Made by a program: the position numbers and the translations under genes. DNA of 64,000 nucleotides from a virus: positions 1-64,000 of IMG/VR virus record IMGVR_UViG_3300032213_001637. The stretch is one strand, 5' to 3'. The notes beneath the pieces were generated by a model. The model saw only the letters and a program-made list of their open reading frames with translations, was not told the DNA's origin and searched no databases. Shown here piece by piece: positions 56,698-64,000 of this stretch (positions are counted from its first letter, which is position 1; the number at the start of each line of letters is the position of its first letter).

Positions 56698-57783
56698 ATG
56701 TACGATTATTTAATTGTAGGCAGTGGTATGTTTGGATCAGTGTGTGCAAGAGAACTCACTGATAAAGGTTACAAGTGTTTGGTGATTGAAAAACGCAATC
56801 ATATTGGTGGCAATTGTTATACTGAAAACAAAGATGGTATTAACATTCACAAGTATGGCGCTCACATATTTCACACATCCAATAAAGAGATTTGGGATTA
56901 TATCAATAAGTTTGCGAAGTTTAATAACTTTGTAAATCATGTCAAGGTCAATTATAACGGTCAAATTTATTCTTTTCCGGTTAACATGATGACACTGCAT
57001 CAAATCTATGGAGTAACCACACCAGAACAAGCAAAAAAGAAACTAGATGAAGTTCGTATTCACAATGAAAATCCAAAGAACTTAGAAGAGTGGATACTAT
57101 CGCAAGTAGGAAAAGAAATATACGAAATATTCATCAAAGGATATACCACAAAACAATGGGGAAGACATCCCGTAGATTTACCATCTTCCATTATTAAACG
57201 TCTTCCTATTCGATTTACCTACGATGATAGTTACTATGGACTTGACTATCAAGGTGTTCCTATCGGTGGTTACACTCAAATATTTGAAAAGTTATTGGAT
57301 GGAATCGAAGTACGGTTGAATGAGGACTATCTTCAAAACAAAGAGTCACTTAACAATGTCGCTAAAAAAGTTATTTATACCGGTTCAATTGATGCATACT
57401 ATAACTACTGTTTTGGAAACTTGAACTACAGAAGTCTAAAGTTTGAAACTGAACGAATTGAAATACCGGATTATCAAGGAAACGCAGTTGTCAACTATAC
57501 AGAACTTCATGTTCCATTTACCCGAATTCTTGAACATAAACATTTTGATCCTGTTAATACAAACTTCACCTATATTACACGTGAATATCCAAGAGAATAT
57601 GGTGAAGGACTTGAACCATATTATCCTATAAATGATAAAGTTAATACACCAATATATGAGAAGTATAAAACATTAACTGAAAAAGAATCGAATGTTATAT
57701 TTGGTGGTCGGTTGGCTGAATATAGATACTATGATATGCATCAAGTGATTGGTTCCGCATTACACACCTGTAAAAAACTATGA
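56698..57783 (+). CDS. glf: UDP-galactopyranose mutase
   Basis: IVGSG, GGNCY, HKYGAHIFHT, YT-x-KQWG, EHKHF, PYYP, GRLAEY-x-YYDM. Confidence 0.96.
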   Translation: MYDYLIVGSGMFGSVCARELTDKGYKCLVIEKRNHIGGNCYTENKDGINIHKYGAHIFHTSNKEIWDYINKFAKFNNFVNHVKVNYNGQIYSFPVNMMTLHQIYGVTTPEQAKKKLDEVRIHNENPKNLEEWILSQVGKEIYEIFIKGYTTKQWGRHPVDLPSSIIKRLPIRFTYDDSYYGLDYQGVPIGGYTQIFEKLLDGIEVRLNEDYLQNKESLNNVAKKVIYTGSIDAYYNYCFGNLNYRSLKFETERIEIPDYQGNAVVNYTELHVPFTRILEHKHFDPVNTNFTYITREYPREYGEGLEPYYPINDKVNTPIYEKYKTLTEKESNVIFGGRLAEYRYYDMHQVIGSALHTCKKL

Positions 57784-58685
57784 AAATACAAATTGTTACA
57801 CACCTTCTTCCCCACGAATTAGATGAATTTGAACGTCAATTGACCGTATTGAGTCAAGAAATGATTGATTGTCATGAAGTTACCTTGGATGTTACATTGA
57901 ATTTGAACACAGTTGATTGGAACAAAACAAAAATTCCAAAGGATTTCTTTATTGAGAAGTTCGAATCATTGTCAAAGTACGTTACTCATACCAGTTGGGC
58001 AAGAAACTACATCTTTGATGTAGATGACCATGGTACTTGTAGAGGGATCAACGACAAACGTCGTAATAGCATACGTAAATACGGTAAAGATGTAGACGCA
58101 TTTATATACTTGGATTCAGACTTGGTATTTCCTCCAGCAACTTTGTCATATTCGATACACTGTGCTACTCAGGTAAAGAACAAATATTATATTATTTCAC
58201 CTCAAATCACCAAAATTTGGGATCAAACATGGGACCATTTGGTAAATCATCAGTTCATTAACAACAAATATGGAAGTGAAAAGACGATCAATCCATATTT
58301 TGAAGTCAACCGTAAATCATATTTGAATCACATCAATCTTATCAAATGTGATCCTACCAAATTTGGTGGTGGATGGTTCAATTTAATTAGTTCCAACCTA
58401 TTAACATTTACAGATATACCCGATGCACTTGGACCCTATGGCGTTGATGATACCTATGTTATGTTCGCGGCTCAAATCATGAAAGTCAATAATATTGATT
58501 TCCAACAATATTTAATGGAACACATTATTGTAGCTGAGAACTATTTATTGAGACACAATTCATACAAAGATTACATAACCTATTTCGAAGACAGAAACAA
58601 CTTCAAAAGCAAGGCGGAGGCATCATTAGGCGACTGCCTAAGAGACTTTGTTAACAAAAACCAATACACATTCAAACATCTATGA
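57780..58685 (+). CDS. Glycosyltransferase-like protein
   Basis: YLDSD DxD; WD-x-TWD; YG-x-DDT. Confidence 0.55.
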   Translation: MKIQIVTHLLPHELDEFERQLTVLSQEMIDCHEVTLDVTLNLNTVDWNKTKIPKDFFIEKFESLSKYVTHTSWARNYIFDVDDHGTCRGINDKRRNSIRKYGKDVDAFIYLDSDLVFPPATLSYSIHCATQVKNKYYIISPQITKIWDQTWDHLVNHQFINNKYGSEKTINPYFEVNRKSYLNHINLIKCDPTKFGGGWFNLISSNLLTFTDIPDALGPYGVDDTYVMFAAQIMKVNNIDFQQYLMEHIIVAENYLLRHNSYKDYITYFEDRNNFKSKAEASLGDCLRDFVNKNQYTFKHL

Positions 58686-59035
58686 TAAACCTGATAAACA
58701 TACTAAATACTACATTTATTGGAGTTGCATTTTTGGTTGTGTGGTTTCATACAGAAGCGTTTCTTGAATACAGTGGTTTGTTTAAAATGAAACGTCTTTT
58801 TAAAATAGATGAATTTGAAAAAGCACAAGAAAACGATTTCAGTTTAGAATACTTACAGTGGATAAAACAAACCTATCCAAACTTCTTCACTAAACTTGTC
58901 AATTGCCCGTGGTGTATTGGGTTTTGGTTTACCGTATTATCTTCATGGATTTTCTCCACGTTTTACATATTTCCCGTAACTTATGTGTTTACACTTGTTA
59001 TATATTTACTTATCGTAAATAAGTTTTTTAAATAA
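58682..59035 (+). CDS. Membrane protein with CPWC motif (DUF1360-like)
   Basis: LVNCPWCIGFW plus hydrophobic helices. Confidence 0.55.
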   Translation: MINLINILNTTFIGVAFLVVWFHTEAFLEYSGLFKMKRLFKIDEFEKAQENDFSLEYLQWIKQTYPNFFTKLVNCPWCIGFWFTVLSSWIFSTFYIFPVTYVFTLVIYLLIVNKFFK

Positions 59036-59036
59036 T

Positions 59037-59330
59037 ATGATACTGGTTCAAAACTTCACCGAATTTTACAACATATTAAAAACGCACAATGGAATACCCA
59101 ATTCAGTTTCTAAACTGAAAGAGTATGTATTATTGGTAGAACGTTTTAAAAATACGTGCAGTTGTAGAGGTACCGAAAAACAACGTGTAAAAAACGAGTG
59201 TGAATCCCAATACCGATTATTGGTTATAACCGAAGTTAGTAACCATATCAATCTATTCAAAAACTCTTTGGGTGATGGTAACATTAAATTTATTCAAAAT
59301 AATGTTATCATCCAAGAGTTTAATGTTTGA
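59037..59330 (+). CDS. Hypothetical protein
   Basis: 97-aa ORF, CSC motif. Confidence 0.55.
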   Translation: MILVQNFTEFYNILKTHNGIPNSVSKLKEYVLLVERFKNTCSCRGTEKQRVKNECESQYRLLVITEVSNHINLFKNSLGDGNIKFIQNNVIIQEFNV

Positions 59331-60293
59331 TTATAGATAACTTTCAATAGTTGTCTTTAAAGCGTTTGAAAAGTCTGTAAGGTTCATTTGTCCAAACTTC
59401 TGTTCATAATCAAAGGTCTCAATCGAATAACGCAAGTCATGTCCCTTGCGATCTTCTACATAGTTGATATAATCATAGTCGATCTTAGTGTTAGTAACAT
59501 CTTCATAAACAGATTTAATATGTTCAATCAACTCAAGATTGGTTAATTCATTCTTTCCGCCAATCAAATACTGACTTCCTACATCCCCAGTTTCAAGAAC
59601 GTCCCAAATACAGTTAACGTGATCTTTTACATAAATCCAATCACGTACATTTTGACCAGTTCCATATACAGGAATTGGTTCACGGTTTTTCAACTTACGA
59701 ATACAAGTTGGAATTAACTTTTCACCATTTTGTCTTGGTCCAAAATTATTGCTACAATTAGTAATGATAGCAGGTAACTTATATGTCTTAACATAACTAC
59801 GTACAAGTAAGTCACTTGCAGCCTTTGTGGCAGAATATGGACTGTTGGGTCGATATGGACTATCTACAGTAAATGAAGACTCCTTTGCATTCAATGATCC
59901 ATACACTTCATCAGTGGATATATGAATAAACTTCTCTACCTTTCCATAATCATATATCGCTTTAATCAAATTAAATGTTCCCAAAACATTGGTGGTAACA
60001 AACGGATCGGGAGAATAAATTGAATTATCAACATGAGTTTCTGCGGCAAAGTTTACTACATGAGTAATCTCAAACTTATTCAACGTCTGCCACAGAATAA
60101 CACCATCGTTAATATCCGCAACATAATGTTTATATCGTGGATCAACATTAAACTGTAAATTCTTATTGGCAGCATATGTTAACTTATCAAAGTTAATGAT
60201 ATTGTCAATATCAGGATTGTTCAATAACTTCTCTACAAAATGTGATCCTATAAAACCACATCCACCTGTGACTAAAACGTTTTTCTTATTCAT
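59331..60293 (-). CDS. rmlB: dTDP-glucose 4,6-dehydratase
   Basis: TGGCGFIGS, DKLTYA, AAETHVD, STDEVYG, YSATK, CSNN-x-GP-x-Q, GHDLRY. Confidence 0.95.
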   Translation of the reverse strand: MNKKNVLVTGGCGFIGSHFVEKLLNNPDIDNIINFDKLTYAANKNLQFNVDPRYKHYVADINDGVILWQTLNKFEITHVVNFAAETHVDNSIYSPDPFVTTNVLGTFNLIKAIYDYGKVEKFIHISTDEVYGSLNAKESSFTVDSPYRPNSPYSATKAASDLLVRSYVKTYKLPAIITNCSNNFGPRQNGEKLIPTCIRKLKNREPIPVYGTGQNVRDWIYVKDHVNCIWDVLETGDVGSQYLIGGKNELTNLELIEHIKSVYEDVTNTKIDYDYINYVEDRKGHDLRYSIETFDYEQKFGQMNLTDFSNALKTTIESYL

Positions 60294-61549
60294 ATAATTT
60301 CAAATGTGGGACACGGAACAATAAAATGACCACCAGCCATCAAATACGGTGCTTCTCTCCTCTTGAATTCATCAATAAAATGCCAAGGCAAAATCAAAAG
60401 ATAATCTGGTCTAGCCTTTCTCATTTCATTTTCAGAATATATAGGAATGTCAGTGCCAACTGTTCTTAGTCCAAATTTATATGGACTACGTTCAGCCGCA
60501 CCATCAATCAACCGTTTATCCAATCCAAAGTACTGTAATAATGTATTTCCCTTAGTAGATGCTCCGTATACCCAAATCTTTTTACCTTTCAACTTCTCTT
60601 GTTTGATGAAGTTATACGTTTTAATCTTCAACTCTTGAAGTTTCTTATAGAAATCCATGTAAAATTCAATAGTGTTTGCACCAATCTTGTTTTCATATTC
60701 CAAAATAGAGTTTACACGATAACGAGCGACATCACGATATGGCGCAGTAGCGAAAGAAGTAACCTTAGCGACATCTTTCTGTAGATATACTCTAAATGAT
60801 CCACCGTTAACATCATTCAACTCACAATCAACAATTTTAAACTTGGCTCTATCAGCAACATGTTTAAATGAATGTAATGAATAGTACATTAAATGTTCAT
60901 GACAAATGTTATCAAATGCCATTTGTTGAATCATCAACGGAGTATAACTCATTTGAACCACAAACATTCCTTCATCACCCAACACGTCATAAATCTCATT
61001 CATGAACGCAACTGGGTCAGGCAAGTCATAGAACATCGCAATACATGTGATTACGTCACACTTACGTCCTTTAAAAATACTTCGATCAAATGCGTCCTTA
61101 GAGAAGTAGTCTTGAATTACCTGATCAGCAAACTTAACACTCTCTTTGGTATATGAATCATCCGCTGGATCAATTCCTAGACGAGCATATGGTGTGGGAA
61201 CATAGTTCAACAACGTTCCATCGTTACACGCAATATCCAACCATAACGGAGTATCACATGGAATGTGCACATTGATACAACTATCAACCACGTTTTTAAG
61301 TTGATTACGCATGGTTTGATTAGTACCAGAACGATACCAATACTGACCATACATTTTGTTTGGATCGGCGCCCTGTTCTAACTGTACCAACTTTGATGTC
61401 GGTGAAAACATCAACTTCATTTCAGACTTATAATCGTCAGATGGTTGTTTTTTTACAAAGTTTGAAATGAACAAATTACCCAACGTAAACAACGGAGTTA
61501 ATGTATCATTTGATACCCGACAATTTGTAACTTTTTCAGTATATTTCAT
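60290..61549 (-). CDS. NDP-hexose C-methyltransferase
   Basis: Y-x-YRS, LDIACNDG, FDNICHEH, GGS-x-R, YGASTKGNTLL, ILPW-x-F. Confidence 0.85.
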   Translation of the reverse strand: MKYTEKVTNCRVSNDTLTPLFTLGNLFISNFVKKQPSDDYKSEMKLMFSPTSKLVQLEQGADPNKMYGQYWYRSGTNQTMRNQLKNVVDSCINVHIPCDTPLWLDIACNDGTLLNYVPTPYARLGIDPADDSYTKESVKFADQVIQDYFSKDAFDRSIFKGRKCDVITCIAMFYDLPDPVAFMNEIYDVLGDEGMFVVQMSYTPLMIQQMAFDNICHEHLMYYSLHSFKHVADRAKFKIVDCELNDVNGGSFRVYLQKDVAKVTSFATAPYRDVARYRVNSILEYENKIGANTIEFYMDFYKKLQELKIKTYNFIKQEKLKGKKIWVYGASTKGNTLLQYFGLDKRLIDGAAERSPYKFGLRTVGTDIPIYSENEMRKARPDYLLILPWHFIDEFKRREAPYLMAGGHFIVPCPTFEII

Positions 61550-61550
61550 A

Positions 61551-62411
61551 TTATTTCCAGTTCTCTAAACAGTAATCTAATGCTTCATCTACAGTTCTCA
61601 TTTTAATTCCAGTTGATAACAATTTTTGATTGTTCATAACACAGTTGGAACGTGGTGTTTTTGCGGCTGTGGTATAAAACGATTCTTCATTATCAAAAAA
61701 TTCGAAGACTTTATCTTTAGCAATAGTCTTTTGCATTTTTTCAATAACTTGTTTTGTAGTTATAAATCCAGTATTAGTAACGTTGTAAATACCATACGGT
61801 ACATCTCGCGTAATAGTTTCAATACAAGCACGTACAAACTCTTGTTTATTAGATATAGAATTTTCAGCATCTAATAGTTTTTTATAATTCAACATTTTGG
61901 ATAGATAATTACGAGGATTGTCAATATCTTCAAATGGAATTCTCAATCGCCAAATATAATGTTTAGGAGAATTCTTTATGATGATATTTTCCGCCATAGC
62001 CTTTGTTCCACTATAAAAGCTACAATTGTTTTGTTCAAAACTGAAATTGGGAGGATCAAATTCGGTAAACGGACTTCCATCACTACGCCGTCCAGTATAA
62101 ATACACCCACTTGACACATGTGCAAACGTAATATTATTGTTTCCACAAAACGTTGACAATATAGTAGGTAGTACAACATTACCATAAATGGTGTTATGTT
62201 TATCAGTTTCACACGCATCTACATTTGGTTTGCCAGTGTATCCAGCACAATTAATGATTGCAGTTAACTTTAACGATTTGTGTAGAAGTTGTAATTGTGT
62301 GTATGTAATGTCCCTAGAAGGAATATGTGTACGAGTTGGAATTCCTTTTTGAAATAGTTGTTTATAAAACTCTTTTCCAACATAACCATTTGAACCTAAT
62401 AATAAAATCAT
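61551..62411 (-). CDS. RmlD-like NDP-4-keto-6-deoxyglucose epimerase/reductase
   Basis: G-x2-GYVG, GYTGKPNVDACE, SSGCIY, FYSGTK, RLRIP. Confidence 0.82.
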   Translation of the reverse strand: MILLLGSNGYVGKEFYKQLFQKGIPTRTHIPSRDITYTQLQLLHKSLKLTAIINCAGYTGKPNVDACETDKHNTIYGNVVLPTILSTFCGNNNITFAHVSSGCIYTGRRSDGSPFTEFDPPNFSFEQNNCSFYSGTKAMAENIIIKNSPKHYIWRLRIPFEDIDNPRNYLSKMLNYKKLLDAENSISNKQEFVRACIETITRDVPYGIYNVTNTGFITTKQVIEKMQKTIAKDKVFEFFDNEESFYTTAAKTPRSNCVMNNQKLLSTGIKMRTVDEALDYCLENWK

Positions 62412-62426
62412 AACCGGGAATATATA

Positions 62427-63266
62427 TCAAAGAATAGATTCCAAATAATTTCTATATTCGGATTTTGGTGTTTTTTCAATTATAATTTTGTATTGATCCA
62501 CATTGATAAAGCCATTGTTTAAACAATCTTCTTCAATACAAGCAATTTTGATACCCTGACGTTCCTGAATAGTTTGAACATAACTACTAGCTTGTGCTAA
62601 TGTAGTTGGTGTTCCAGCGTCCAACCATACAGATCCACGTTTCATTAACGTGGCATACAACTCATTTCTTTCCAAAAACACTTTGTTTACGTCAGTGATT
62701 TCCAATTCACCTCTAGCAGATGGTTTTAACTTTTTAGCAATACCAACCACCGCATTATCATAAAAATATAAACCCGGAACCGCATATTTACTCTTAGGAA
62801 CCTCTGGTTTTTCTTCTATTGACTTTACTCGTCCATCATAAGAAAACTCAACCACACCATAATCCCGTGGGTTTGTTACTGAATATGCAAAGATTTGTGC
62901 CGGTGAAAACAACGTATCAACCAAGGTTCCAAAAATAATGTTATCACCCAATATCAAAGATACACAATCCTTCTTAATAAAATCTTCAGCGATCAAAAAT
63001 GATTGAGCAATACCTTTTGGTTGTGGTTGTACACCATATACAATCTTTAATCCCAAATGTTTTCCATTTCCAAATAACGCCTTGTACTCAGGAATCCATT
63101 TGGGCGTAGATATAATCATGATTTCTCGGATTCCTTTGTTAATCAATGTTGACAAAGGATAATAAATCATGGGTTTATCAAATACAGGCAACAACTGTTT
63201 GTTACATGTACATGTAAGTGGATATAACCTACTACCAGTTCCACCAGATAAAATAATGCCTTTCAT
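62427..63266 (-). CDS. rmlA: Glucose-1-phosphate thymidylyltransferase
   Basis: GIIL-x-GG-x-GSRLYP, KQLLP, LGDN, EEKP, RGELEITD, WLDAGT. Confidence 0.96.
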   Translation of the reverse strand: MKGIILSGGTGSRLYPLTCTCNKQLLPVFDKPMIYYPLSTLINKGIREIMIISTPKWIPEYKALFGNGKHLGLKIVYGVQPQPKGIAQSFLIAEDFIKKDCVSLILGDNIIFGTLVDTLFSPAQIFAYSVTNPRDYGVVEFSYDGRVKSIEEKPEVPKSKYAVPGLYFYDNAVVGIAKKLKPSARGELEITDVNKVFLERNELYATLMKRGSVWLDAGTPTTLAQASSYVQTIQERQGIKIACIEEDCLNNGFINVDQYKIIIEKTPKSEYRNYLESIL

Positions 63267-63928
63267 TTTTTGAACATCGTTTCGTAAATTGGTGACACAA
63301 TCTTGTTCAGAGTTTCATCGTTCATAATATCCTGATATGTTTTACCGGTGGAATTTATATGTTCCCATTCAACCAAAACGTCGGATTCATCCTTAACCTT
63401 AGGATCGTTCCAACGTTCATGATCATTCGCAGGATCAGTCCAAATCTTTTTGGTTGTATTGGCAATATCACTACGAATACGTCTTCCATCTGTAGGAAAA
63501 CCATATGTGTACTTGGAAACGTGAATTAACTTACCTTGCAAATCGTTGGTAATCCAATACACTTCGTCTTTTGGATAAAAGTTATACCGAATATCTGTTA
63601 TAAAAATAACATCCGAATTATCCTTTTCCATATCAGATTGAAGTTTCTCGGTCCAATAACGACCATGTGTTTGTTTACGTTTTACATCACCATACCAAAC
63701 AAGCATATCTCGAAATACCTTTTTTTCTTCAGTATTCTCCGTAAAAACATCCACCCCCAACTTATCCTGTATAAACTCCTTACAGTCATTCTTGAGATAA
63801 TACGCTAAAGCATAAGAACTGACTGACAATCCATATGTTTCGGCAATGATTTTCTTTGATATATCACAAAACAAGTTCTTGCCTGATCTTGCGACTCCAG
63901 ATATTCCGATATAAACTTTTTTATTCAT
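63263..63928 (-). CDS. Deoxynucleoside monophosphate kinase-like protein
   Basis: GISGVARSGK, R-x2-LV-x-YG-x3-R...YW, ITDIRY. Confidence 0.7.
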   Translation of the reverse strand: MNKKVYIGISGVARSGKNLFCDISKKIIAETYGLSVSSYALAYYLKNDCKEFIQDKLGVDVFTENTEEKKVFRDMLVWYGDVKRKQTHGRYWTEKLQSDMEKDNSDVIFITDIRYNFYPKDEVYWITNDLQGKLIHVSKYTYGFPTDGRRIRSDIANTTKKIWTDPANDHERWNDPKVKDESDVLVEWEHINSTGKTYQDIMNDETLNKIVSPIYETMFKK

Positions 63929-63998
63929 TTGTCATTAGTTTTTCCGCTTCTTCGTCGGTCAAACCATACGCTTTACATATATTGATCATTTCTGTTAA
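63921..63998 (-). CDS. 3' end of a CDS truncated by the window edge
   Basis: ...LTEMINICKAYGLTDEEAEKLMTNE*, overlapping the next start. Confidence 0.55.
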   Translation of the reverse strand, partial: LTEMINICKAYGLTDEEAEKLMTNE

Positions 63999-64000
63999 AC

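Noticed and set aside
857-63808. Numerous 60-125 aa overlapping or antisense ORFs in the track (e.g. 1366-1740, 18036-18383, 36197-36574, 41982-42353)
   Set aside because: They are shadows of well-supported genes, with no motifs or initiation signals
1-64000. Alternative genetic code (TAG/TGA recoding seen in some jumbo phages)
   Set aside because: Conserved genes are full length in code 11, and TAG (e.g. 8638, 54360) and TGA act as genuine stops with tight gene packing
1-64000. tRNA genes, CRISPR array, IS elements
   Set aside because: Intergenic gaps are short; no cloverleaf, repeat-spacer periodicity or transposase motifs seen by eye

Overview
A 64-kb, AT-rich, gene-dense segment of a large (probably jumbo) T4-like tailed dsDNA bacteriophage read in standard code 11. 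I found no tRNA, rRNA, CRISPR array or IS element. It holds (i) an early nucleotide-metabolism and RNA-repair block (RNA ligase, polynucleotide kinase, cyclic-phosphate receiver domain, DHFR, ThyA, nucleotidyltransferase, metallophosphoesterase, ClpP-like protease, HNH); (ii) replication genes (family B DNA polymerase, sliding clamp, clamp loader, SF2 helicase, Cas4/RecB-like nuclease, dUTPase, dNMP kinase); (iii) a very large glycan arsenal (about 20 glycosyltransferase-like genes including GT11 and GT6, plus gmd, glf, rmlA, rmlB, an RmlD-like enzyme, a sugar C-methyltransferase and two FkbM methyltransferases); and (iv) host-like genes (iscU, a secreted EF-hand protein, a FecR-like protein). 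The most interesting unexplained structure is a set of genes that sit behind a conserved ATATTTAT motif, usually 4-9 nt before the ATG, or in operons headed by it. Several of their products begin with a shared tag resembling the T4 capsid-targeting sequence (M-x-YKDFF...E, or IKL/LIKE...E) and look like polyproteins punctuated by [ILM]-x-E prohead-protease-type sites. Their cargo includes an ArdC-like anti-restriction module, a T4-lysozyme-like domain with His at the Thr26 position, and a nucleotidyltransferase. This suggests a head-packaged, co-injected counter-defence payload. All family assignments come from motif recognition by eye; no database search was run.
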